From Raja brachyura (lineage: Eukaryota), in assembly GCA_963514005.1 (NCBI GenBank), contig OY740793.1, positions 15,748,001-15,812,000 of the forward strand: a stretch of 64,000 nucleotides of DNA, read 5' to 3'. This document shows positions 50,228-60,825 of this stretch, in pieces. Under the pieces are notes generated by a model, which saw only the letters and a program-made list of their open reading frames with translations, had not been told where the DNA came from and did no database searches. Position 1 is the stretch's first letter. Each line of letters begins with the position of its first letter. Both the position numbers and the translations under genes were made by a program.

Positions 50228-51330
50228 CCAGATCGTTCCAGGAGCTCGGACTATTGAGTCGGACCGTGGATGTGATTACTGCGGCCTGGAGGGATAGTAC
50301 TAAAAAACAATATGTATCTCGTATTAAGAAATGGGAGATGTTCTGCTTACTGTCAAATATATCTTATCATACTGCAGGCATACCTGATGTATTGGAGTTC
50401 CTTGCTACATTGCATTTTGACGAGCAATTGAGTTATAGTGCCATTAATAGTGCTCGGAGTGCTTTGTCCTCCTATTTATGACAGGGGTCGGGACAACACT
50501 CTGTCGGATCTCATCCATTGGTGTCCCGATTCATGAAAGGTGTTTTTAACAAGAACCCTCCCAGTCCTAGATATACGGAAATCTGGGATGTGAGCATAGT
50601 CCTCACACTGCTTCGGCAATGGGCTCAAATTACATCTCTGTCTTTCCAAAAACGAACGCTCAAAGTGGTCATGCTCATGGCACTCGTTTCAGCACAACGG
50701 GTCCAGACATTGCAAAAGCTACAACTGGACAGCATGCATTCTTCTGTAGATAATATTACGTTTTATGTATATGACCTAATCAAACAAAGCAGGCCAGGGA
50801 CGTCTGGAACCAAAATAAGTCAAGTCAAAAGTCAAAGTCAAACAAACTTTATTGTCATTTAGAAATACATTGATACATGCAGTTCCAAACGAAATTACGT
50901 TGCATTTGGCTCCCTGTGCAACACAATAAATTAACCGAAGGATAGGCATGGGTGAAAAGGATAAATAGACACTAGTGGCAGCCCATGCCCAAGCTTTTGA
51001 GTATAGCCCATTGACCTGAAACTGTGTGTAGTTACGCACCTGCGGCAATATATGGAGGTCACCAAGAGTCTCAGAGGCCCCGAAACAACGATGCTCATCA
51101 GTCACAAAATCCCTCATAGAAAGGTGTCGGTACAAACCATTTCTAGATGGCTGAAACAGGTTTTGGATTGTGCTGGAGTAGACACTGATGTGTTTAAATC
51201 TCACTCCACCAGGGCGGCGTCAACATCCGCAGCGAGGGCACTGGACGTCCCTTTAGACTAAATCTTCGGGGCTGCAGGATGGTCCAGTGAAGGGACTTTT
51301 TAACGGTTTTATGGCAAACCTGTTCTCACA
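50221..51330 (+). pseudogene. DIRS tyrosine recombinase ORF, decayed
   Basis: WRDSTKKQY, LSYSAINSARSALS, SAQRVQTL (box I Arg), KSHSTRAASTS (HxxR), AAGWS, F.RFY (catalytic Tyr); stops and a 171-bp insertion. Confidence 0.88.
50820..50990 (-). mobile_element. Short LINE/SINE 3' fragment inserted in the DIRS YR
   Basis: Absent from DIRS copy 2; AATAAA plus (TTTGAC)n-like tail on the minus strand; flanked by AAG on both sides. Confidence 0.7.
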
Positions 51331-51535
51331 ACGGAAGGATTTGGGCATGCTATTTGGGTTCTGTTTTGTAATTTCCCCCTGGGAGAGAGGAGTTATTACT
51401 GTTCTTTTTTGTTATTAAAACATTCATTTGTATAATTCAAACAATGTTCAATACATTATTTGTTTATCCTGTGTCAACCGAAGCAGTGTGTTGTATGGAA
51501 CTGAATCTACGGCATGAAATCACAGAGCTTTGAAA

Positions 51536-51648
51536 TCTTCACGGAATCACTCGCGTGACTCTGAAGTAAAATGGTAAGATTAAACGAGAACTTACCAGTT
51601 TGAAATTCGATCTTTATTTTATGAGGAGTTACGGTGAGTGATTACGTG
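51536..51648 (+). other. DIRS internal complementary region (ICR), copy 1
   Basis: First part is the reverse complement of the element 5' end (44857-44892); second part is the reverse complement of the 3' extension (~51794-51870). Confidence 0.9.
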
Positions 51649-52189
51649 CCCTCCGCTCTCGGCCCTCATAATCGCAAAGATCATCTGGTAGTTCTAGTCT
51701 TCTGAGTCTTACTATATTACTTTGACTGTGGTTACTGTGATTTCACGCTGCTGCTTTGTAGATCGACGCACATGCGCACTGGCGGGCCTTCTTCACGTAA
51801 TCGCTCACCATAACTCCTCATAAAATAAAGATCAAACTTCAAACTGGTAAGTTCTCATTTAATCTTACTATTTTCAATCCATTTTATTCCACTTATAATT
51901 GTAGTACAATACAATAAACACTTGCCTTGACATTGCAAGTAAACAGCACAACAAAAAGCGCATGTGTAAATCAGAGAGTTACAAAAAAGGACAAAATGGT
52001 CTGGAGTAACTCAACAGGTTACATAAAAAGACACAAAAGGTGGAGTAACTCTACGTGTTACAACCATCTCTGGAGGAAATGGAAAGGCAAACTTTTGGCT
52101 TGGGACCCTTAAACAATAAAATGCTCAGTACAGCTGACTCCCAAAATATAGTCATTCTGGTAATGGATTTCATTGCTAGATTCTCAAAT

Positions 52190-52765
52190 ACCAAAGGACA
52201 AAGGACATTTATTGTCACATACACCAATTGGTGCAGTGAAATTTGAGTTACCATCCAGCACACCAATAAGATAAACACAGCACGAAAGAATTTAACATAA
52301 AACATAAAAAATATCCCCTCCACAGCGGAATCAATGTTTCCCATTGTGAGAGAAGGCACCAAAGTTCAGTCCTCTTCCTCTTTCACCCGTGGTCAGGGCT
52401 TATTGAGGTCTCCGCAGTCGCCGCACGGCGGCCCGATATTTTAGGCCCTCGAATGGAAGAACATTCTTAGCGGCCCGGAGCCTCCAAATCGGCCGCTTCC
52501 TACCGGAGACCGCGGCTTCCGAAGTCCACAGACCTAGCTGGGCAGAGAGATTCAACGTTGGCGACCTCGGCGAGAGATCCCAGGATCTGCGATGTCAAAG
52601 TCAGCGCCATCAGCAGCTGGAAAGTTAGCGCCACCAGTGGCTGGAAGCTCACGCCGCCTGTGGCTGGAAACAATGCAGGCCACAGCACCATGGCGCTTGA
52701 AATAGGCAGTCCCAGCACTCCGAAGCTTCAACACGGCGACTCCCAGTAAGGCATCGCTGGTTATC
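52190..52765 (-). mobile_element. Unclassified non-autonomous retroelement with a LINE-like 3' tail
   Basis: GTGACAATAAA plus (TGTCCTT)n tail on the minus strand; CpG-rich body with no credible ORF. Confidence 0.4.
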
Positions 52766-53424
52766 ATTGGAATATCACTGGATTTCTTTCAACTTTTCTG
52801 TTTCTCATATCTCTTCGCGGTAACTCTTTAGTAGAATTCCACATTTGCTCCTTTCTCTAATATGTTCATGCTATTCATTTTTAACAGCTCCTTCTGAATC
52901 CAACTGAATACGTTTTTTTGGAACTGCATTGAGAAGACACAATTTCCATCATGGATATTTGGAAAGGCACCCTGCTAACAACATTTTTGATTTTTACCCT
53001 TGGTTGAGTTAAAGCCAAAGGTAATTTCCTCTGGAATGAATAAATAGTAATTACTCAGCCTTAATATATTTATACGTGCACCCTTACTTTCCAGCATGAA
53101 TAATATTGCATGAAATTTTGGACTCCATGACAGATGCAAACCTTTTGTGAGATCTGGGAATCTGCCAAAACGTTCGAGAAACCTTTTGCCATTCAAGCCC
53201 TGACTTTGAGGTTGTTTACATTTGGAATTACTGACATTTCAGTAAAGGTCTGATACTCATCAGTGGCTCTGTGGGTCACGCGTTCAACTTTGCTTTGACA
53301 GTGAATGATGCACCATTATTCCATTTATTCCGCGTTTTAACATGAAGGAAAAAAGCTGCACATTCCATGAAATAGCTGCCATGTGAGTGAGCAGAATCCA
53401 AAAGATCCGTGTCACGGATTTGCG

Positions 53425-53905
53425 GAAATAAAAAACTGCAGATGCTGGTTAACACATAAAAGGTGTGTAGGAAGAAACTGCAGATGCTGGTTTAAATTGA
53501 AGATAGACACAAAATGTTGGAGGAACTCAGCGGGACAAGCAGCATCACTGGAGAGAAGTAGTGGGTGACGCTTTGGGTCGACACCCTTCTTCAGTCTGAT
53601 GATCTGTGGAAATAAAGAACTGCAGATGCTAGTTAACACACAAGAGGGCACAAAGTGCTGGAGCAACTCATTGGGTCAGGCAGCATCTCTGGAGAAAAGG
53701 AACCGGTAACATTTTGGGTCTGAAGAAGGATTCCGACCCGAAGTGTCACCTGTTCCTTTTCTGCCTGACCCACTGAAAGGACACAAAGTGCCTGAGTAAC
53801 TCAGCAGGTCAGGCAGCATCTTTGGAGAACATGGATAGGCTATGTTTTGCTCGAGTTTGAAGAAGGGTCTTGAACCAAAGCACTGCATATCCATGTTCTT
53901 CAGTA
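53425..53905. repeat. Cluster of nested PLE-pLTR hairpin elements
   Basis: Four AACTGCAGATGCTGG/ACACAAAGTGCTGG heads and three hammerhead-like cores (~53568 minus, 53720, ~53858). Confidence 0.75.
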
Positions 53906-54689
53906 TCACTTTTTTTTGGATATTAAATATTATGTATAAAACCTGCTTATGTGGATATTTCTTCATCAATTCCTCAACGTTAATTAGATACATTACCTCA
54001 GGCTCCTGTACTTCAGTTGACGAATTTTAAAATGTTCATTAAAATACAGAAATGCATCAGACAGAACAGAGGAAAACAAATATTTAGTGACAAGAATAGG
54101 TTCACCACCAGTTCTAACGATAGAGTTTTGGTCTGTAAGAATAATGTTAATCTGTCCAGACCTGTAGAACTGGTATGTACAAGTTGGAGGTGAAGGCATG
54201 CCAAAAAATATAAACTTCACTTTGGAACTTTATTTTATTAGCTATAAAATTTAAACAGGATTTCTCCTTGTCCAAACAACATGTAAATCAAAATAAAACT
54301 GCAATGCTGGAAAGCTGAAATAAATACAAAAAGGATGAAACACTCTGCAGGTCAGGCAGTATTTGGAGAAAGAAAAACAGTCTCAGAAAAACAGCCATGC
54401 CCCTCCCCTGAAACCTGGCTGACCTGAACTCCTCGAAGACGCCCCTCTGCCCTTTTCGTCCTCTCCCCATCCCACGCCCATCCCCTGAAACCTGGTTGAC
54501 CTTGTGCCAGTTTCTCCCTTTCCTCTCAGCTAACCACGTCCTGAAGAAATGCTGCCTGGCTCGCTGAGTTACTCCAGCATTTTGTGTCTTTCTCAGGTTG
54601 AAGTCATTTTGTTCCAAGTTTAATGAAGGGTGTTTGACCTGAGATGTTACGTTTACTTTTTTCCCAGAGTGTGGATTTGCAAAGAGGGC

Positions 54690-55262
54690 CTGAAAATTGA
54701 TGCCGGGGTCCTTGTCACGGTTCATTACGAACATCTCTGTTACAGAGGACTCTGATTTACAGGGTGTTCCCAGGGACACATTCTGAGACGGACACTGAGT
54801 GCTGGTGGAAGGTCATCAACTCGGTGAAAGGCGCCCTCTGTGGTCTTCCCGAAACCTGTTGGCCTCCCAGCGCAGTCAGATTTCCGTTAGGGAATGTTGC
54901 CAACAGGCCCATTCCAGACTGCAGGAGTACGTGCTGAGGGACGCACTGAAGCTCGGTGCAGCCAAGGCCAAGGCTCTGTGGGGGAGAATTACAGTCCAGG
55001 GACCTTCTGCTCTTGGACATTGAGGGGCAGAGTCTGGTGGAGACCCCCTTCAAACAAGGGAAGTGAGATCACCACAAGAGGCTACATGAGTGGTAAGAGT
55101 GTTTTGTTTAAAGGTAGGTGGAAACACTACTGAGTATATTCAGTACTGTGCACTATAACATCAAAGTATAGACACTGGGAATGTTTGAAGCATTTTTGCA
55201 GTTTTTGGTTTGTATATATTTTTTATTCTGAATAAAGATTAATTTAGGATATGAAAAAAAAC
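54690..55262 (+). mobile_element. Tx1-like (L1 clade) LINE 3' end
   Basis: WKVINSVKGALWSSRNLL...RLQEYVLRDALKLGAAKAKALWG C-terminus; AATAAA and A-tract at ~55231-55261. Confidence 0.65.
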
Positions 55263-56074
55263 CCTCTATTTTTCTTTCCATAAATGTTACTTATCCATCT
55301 CAAAACGCACAGCATTGTCTTTTAAAGACCCAACCAGGTGAGCTGATAGAAAATCAATATACTTATAATCTCGACATGTGATAATATCTACTATGGTAGA
55401 GGAAGAGTCTTATTCAGCCAGAACTACAGTGCAAACATTCCTAAAAACAAACATGAACATGAACTATTTACCTTGCTTGTTCACACATAGTCTTTTTTTC
55501 TTTTCCTGGCATTTGATGGTGCCTCAGGGGCTATCTATGAATATAAAGTAGGAATTTGTTGTTAGAATCAATGACATATTGTTTCAATAAAGTTACTGTT
55601 CTCATTTAAATACAGTGCTTTTAACTTCCCCCTTTCCTGATAATTGCAATAGCAAGTTGCTTAATGTTTTGCTGCAATATATTTCCATCTCTCTTTCACT
55701 TTTGTAAATAAAAAACAGTAACATCATAAAGAACGGTACAATACATTATTTATAAAAAGTCCTTTTCCATTCACTCTTACACATATATGCAAGCACACAC
55801 ACACACAAATATTATATTGTGCTGGGCTTATAAACGGTGGGTGTATGGAATGAGCTACTGGAGGAGGTTATTTGAGGCTGGTAATATCACAACATTTAAG
55901 AAACATGTAAGGCAGCTACCTGGATAGGGCAGGTTTAAAGGTTGTGGGCCAAACGTAGGCAGGTGGGACTAGTATAGATGGGACATGTTGGCCGGTATGG
56001 GTCAGTTGGGTTGAATGGCCTGTTTCGATGCTGTAAGACCCTATAATTCTATTACTCTAGCAATAAGGAACGGG

Positions 56075-56530
56075 GGGACGTTTACCAGAATGCTGCCTAG
56101 ATTAAGGGGTTTTAGCTACAAAGTGAGGTTGGACAAACATGGATTGCTTTTTCTGGAATCCCGGTGGTTGAGGGGAGACCTGATACGAGTATATAAAATT
56201 ATGAGAAGCATAGATTCTATGGACAGACAGAACCTTCTTTCCAGGGTGGAATTGTTTGGAGGGTATAGCTTTAAGTTGACAGGAGCATAGTTTAAAGGAG
56301 ATGTGAGTGGCAATGTTTTCACACAGCGGATGGTGAGTGCCTGAAAGTGCTGCCAGGGGTGGTGGTGGAGGCAGATACGATAGTGTAGTTTAAGAGGCTA
56401 TTTGATGGGCGCATTGATAGGCAGGGAATGGAGGGGAAATGGATCATGTACAGGCAGCTGAGTTTAGCATGGCATTAAATTTGGCACCGACATTGTGGAC
56501 CAAAGGGCTGTTCCTGTGCTGTACTTTTCA
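56075..56530 (+). mobile_element. CR1 3' fragment (older)
   Basis: FTRMLPRL..FSY..RLD..GL..LE..LRGDLI.VYKIM. Confidence 0.75.
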
Positions 56531-56532
56531 GT

Positions 56533-56720
56533 GTAGGAAAGAACTGCAGATGCTGGTTTAAATCAAAGGTAGACACAAATTGCTGGAGTAACTCAGTGGG
56601 ACAGGCAGCACCTCTGGAGAGAAGGAATGAAGAAGAGTCTCGACCCAAAACGTCACCCATTCCTTCTCTCCAGAGGTGCTGCTTGTCCCATTGAGTTACT
56701 CCAGCATTTAGTGTCTGTAC
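56533..56720. repeat. Palindromic PLE-pLTR hairpin element
   Basis: Inverted arms around TGAAGAAGAGTCTCGACCCAAAACGTC. Confidence 0.72.
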
Positions 56721-57760
56721 TTCTCTATGTTTTATGTTCTATTTCAAGAAAACAGTGATTCGCTGGGTAAATAAAAATTTTACTTCGGAGTCACGTGACT
56801 GACTGTGTGAAGAAGCCCCGCCAGGCGTATGCGCGTCATTATGTTCGATGCATGGCGCACCGACGGGCTGGAGAGCGCAGCTCCACCATCGGTAAGTAGT
56901 AAACCGGCAGGTAAGTGATTTTAAAACTTTTCTGCGGGTACTTAAACTCCGTGAGTCTGGCTCGGGAGCCAGCGGGAGTTGTTAGCAATGGAGCGAGTTG
57001 GGAAAAAACCAGTCCGTAGTAGGAGCTTAACGCGCGGGCCCGCGGTTAGTATTTGCAGATCGGGTTGGGAGATACCGGCTGCGGTAACGCCGGCTCCGAC
57101 ATCGGCTGCTGATCTACCGGCAGCTCAACTGCCTCCGTTAACTCCAGTGCTTCAGGGCACTGAGGCCACTCCACCAGGGAGGCAGGCCAAAAGAAAATCT
57201 CTCAGGCCCGTCTTATCCGACGAGTCTGATGAGGAAGACTCCCCTCCTTCCAGCAAAAAGGTCTGGGGATGGCTCGATCAAATGAAGAAAATGTTGCAAA
57301 CTTTGTTGAGCCATAAAATATTTCAATCGGGGTCGAATGCCCCTAGGATTCCCCAAACAGCAGTAGCGGTGGATGCATTCTCGCTACTTTGGGGACGTAC
57401 GTTCTTTTACGCTTTTCCCCCATTCTGCCTCATTAGGAAATGCCTCACCAAAATAGAGCAGGACTCCGCCTCAGGCGTTTTGGTGGTTCCGGACTGGCCT
57501 ACACAGCCATGGTTCCCATTGGTGCTGAGAATGATGACTCAGCCATTTATGGCTGTCCCCAACTGCAGTAATTTGTTGGTGCATCCAGTAACAGGAGAAA
57601 GTCATCCGTTACATGATCGTATTAATCTGTTAATCTGCAGGTTCTGACCAGAATGTTCCAAGGGCTTGGACTATCGAGTAGGACCATGGATGTGATAACT
57701 GCAGCTTGGAGAGATAGCACTAAAAGCAATATGTGTCTCATATTAAGAAATGGGAGATGT

Positions 57761-57983
57761 GTTAAAGAAGGAACTGCAGATGCTGGAGAATCGAGGGTTA
57801 CACAAAAAGCTGGAGAAACTCAGCGGGTGCAGCAGCATCTAAGGAGCGAAGGAGATAGGCGACGTTTCGGGTCGAGACCCTTCTTCAGACTGAAGAAGGG
57901 TCTCGGCCCAAAACGTGGCCTATCTCCTTCGCTCCTCAGATGCTGCTGAACCCGCTGAGTTTCTCCAGCTTTTTGTGTAACCC
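57761..57983. mobile_element. Palindromic Penelope-derived element with hammerhead motifs on both strands and a 16-bp TSD
   Basis: 94-bp inverted arms (57795-57888 / 57890-57983). AAGAAATGGGAGATGT is duplicated at 57745-57760 and 57984-57999 but single in DIRS copy 1. Confidence 0.85.
57861..57888 (-). ncRNA. Minimal type I hammerhead ribozyme core (PLE-type)
   Basis: Minus strand CUGAAGA-A-GGGU(CUCG)ACCC-GAAAC-GUC: intact core boxes, helix II, palindromic ACGU in place of helix III; helix I weak. Confidence 0.6.
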
Positions 57984-59814
57984 AAGAAATGGGAGATGTT
58001 TTGCTTGCAGTCAGATATATCTTATCATACTGCAAGCATACCGGATGTATTGGAGTTCCTTGCTACATTGCATTTTGATGATCTCTTGAGCTATAGTGCC
58101 ATTAATAGTGCTCGGAGTGCTTTGTCCTCATATTTAGGGCAGTTTTCAGAACAACAATCTATCGGGTCTCATCTGTTAGTGTCCCGATTCATGAGAGGAA
58201 TCTTTAACAAGAACCCTCCTAAGCCTAGATATACAGAAATCTGGGATGTCAGTGTAGTTCTCACACTGCTTTGGCAATGGGCTCCAATTACGTCACTGTC
58301 TTTTCAGAAGTTAACACTTAAAGTGGTTATGCTCATGGCGCTAGTATCAGCGCAACGAGTTCAAACATTGCAAAAGCTATGACTAGATAGCATGTACTCT
58401 TCTGTAGATAACATTACGTTTTATGTGTTTGATTTAATCAAACAAAGCAGGCCAGGAATGGCCGGAACCAAAGTAAGCTTTAAAGCATACCCCGTTGACC
58501 AAACGTTACGTGTAGTCAAGCACCTGAGTCAATATATCGAGGTAACGAAGAGTCTCAGAGGCTCTGAGACAGCAATGCTCATCAGTCACAAAAAAAACTA
58601 ATAAAAAGGTGTCAGCACAAACTATTTCTAGATGGTTAAAACAGGTTTTGATTGTGCTGGAGTAGACACTCATGGGTTTAAATCTCACTCCACCAGGGCG
58701 ACATCGACATCCGCAGTGAAGGCACAGGACGTGCCTCTATACCAAATCCTCTGGGCCGCAGGATGGTCTAGGGAGGCGACCTTCTCCAAATTCTTTGATA
58801 AACCTGTCCTGAAAGTGCAAGGTTTTGGGCATGCTGTTTTGGGTTTGGTTTGATTTATTTTCTTTCTAAATTTCATTTGTAATTTCCCCCTGGGACAGAG
58901 GGTTTATTACTGTTTTGTTTATTATTATTTAAAACGTTTATTGGATAATTCGAAGCAATGTTCATTACATTTCTTCACTACTATGTCAACTGAAGCAGTG
59001 TGTCGTATATAATGGATTTACAGCATGAAATCACAGAGCTTTGAAATCTTCACGTAGTTACTCACGTGACTCCGAAGTAAAATAGTAAGATTAAACGAGA
59101 ACTTATCAGTTTGAAGTTTGATCTTTATTTTATGATGGGTTATGATGATGGATTACGTGCCTTCCGCTCCCGGCCCTCATAATCGCAAAGAACATCTGGT
59201 AGTTCTAGTCTTCTGAGTCTTGCTATATCACTTCGATTATAATTTCTATGTTTTCACGCTGCTGCTTTGAAGTATGATGCTCATGCGTCTGGCGGGGCTT
59301 CTTCACGTAATCCCTCATCGTAACTCCTCATAAAATAAAGATCAAACTGGCAAGTTCTCATTTAATCTTACTATTAAAGGACATGGGTAACTAGAAATGA
59401 TATCAAGCTTATTTTTGTTTCTTATTTCTACGGATATATTCACGGCAACACTTTGCAGAGTTTTGCTGAAAAGGTATTCTGATGTCAGCTGGTGCAGATC
59501 CATTTGGCTCTGCTGAGGAGTGTTACTCACCTCTCTCCTGTGCTGAATCAGCACTCTGTTGATGTAAATGTTGAGAACATGTCTTTCATGAGGGTGAAAC
59601 ATTGCATGAAGTTTGACACAAAATGCTGCGTGACTCAGCGGGCCAGGCAGCATCTGTGGAGAGAAGGAATGAATGGGAGATGTTTTAGGTCGAGACCCTT
59701 GGTTTGTCTGTTCATGTTACAATGTGTTAATAGAGTGTAAATGTTTGGCAGCTGGATATAATTATTATTCGGTGAATAGCATTTACAAATTTTAGAGTCA
59801 TATAGAGTCACATA

Positions 59815-60825
59815 GTTTCAGCTGAACTATCTCCCTCAGTGATTACTTTGGCGCCTTTCAGAGGGGGGCGGGTTTAAAATGCCGTTTTTCTCCAGACAGG
59901 GCAAATCGATCCATCTCAGGGGATTTCATTGCTGAAGAGAAATCGCTCCGACATTTGATTTATGAAGGGATTTTTAAACTACACTGGATCATTTATTAGC
60001 TAGAGTAATTTAAAAATCATCTTCTAAAGCCGTGAGTGCCGACAACGGGAAGGATTGTACGTAGGGTAGAAAATAAAGTACACAGTTTATTTTTACATAA
60101 AAACATGCTTCTGAGGAAGCATTTAATCAAATTTTCATGTTGCAAAAAGGGGACAAAAAATATATACGAACCGGCAGTGTTTTCCTGCCGACTGTGGGTT
60201 AAATTCACCGGAAACCGCAACGTTCCAATCCACTGCGTTCCACTAAAACCCGCACGCAAGTTGATTTAAATGGCCATTAATTTATGGGAATTAAACACTA
60301 AATTCCTTCCATTTGGCCTATAAATTCATGAAAATGATATTTAAAAATAATGTTATATTGTGAATTATTGTGTGAATGTTATTTGGACACTTAGGTAATT
60401 TAAAAATGTTTATCGTTTCTTAAGAAATGGATAGATGTTTAGATCTAGTAATTGAATTTTGTAATTAGCTACAATTAGGTAACTAACTAATTATATGCTT
60501 TAATTTCAGGTCATCCAAGTAAGATTGTTTCATATTTGTTTCAGAATGCTTCAATCTATAATAACTGAAATTTTCATTGAGTTCTCTTAATTTTTAAGAA
60601 AGTTATGGGCTTTTGACTGTCCCAGATCACAGCTTTTGGGTTAAGTCAATGGAAAGGCAATGGGGAACAAGATGCTAATTTCCGAGTATGTAAATGGCCA
60701 TAACGTTTTTAATACTGAAGATATGAAAGTGAATTAGGTGTCAAATTAAACTTCTTTATATACTTTATCTGATGGGATACATTGCAGACATGATTTTTAA
60801 AATCCCAATTTTTTTTTTAACATTG
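59815..60825. mobile_element. Unclassified ~1-kb insertion splitting a CR1-type 3' end
   Basis: The CR1-type tail (ATAGAGTC repeats) at ~59793-59815 and its continuation from ~60826 are separated by unrelated sequence; no TIR recognised. Confidence 0.35.

Larger units (their letters stand above)
44857..51874 (+). mobile_element. DIRS1-like tyrosine-recombinase retrotransposon, near full length, decayed, with two nested insertions
   Basis: Perfect 27-bp ITR (44885-44911 vs 51771-51797), ICR at 51536-51648, gag-like ORF, RT/RNase H/MT ORF, YR ORF, TTTT at both termini. Confidence 0.93.
57641..58853 (+). pseudogene. DIRS copy 2 tyrosine recombinase, decayed
   Basis: ORF pieces 57653, 57996, 58392, 58632; KSHSTRA, AAGWS; the catalytic Tyr position reads F (TFSKFFDK). 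Confidence 0.85.
56778..59375 (+). mobile_element. Internally deleted DIRS1-like element (copy 2)
   Basis: Same termini, ITR (56807-56831 vs 59282-59306), ICR 59047-59159. gag 5' part is fused in frame to the MT-domain C-terminus (ORF 56979..57647). Decayed YR at 57641-58853. Confidence 0.92.

Noticed and set aside
48821-51330. Prophage or bacterial integrase/methylase contamination
   Set aside because: The YR and MT-like domains sit within DIRS ITR/ICR architecture together with RT and RNase H.
53425-53905. CRISPR-like array of repeated GCAGATGCTGG units
   Set aside because: Irregular spacing and inverted arms; these are PLE pLTR pieces in a eukaryotic genome, with no cas genes.
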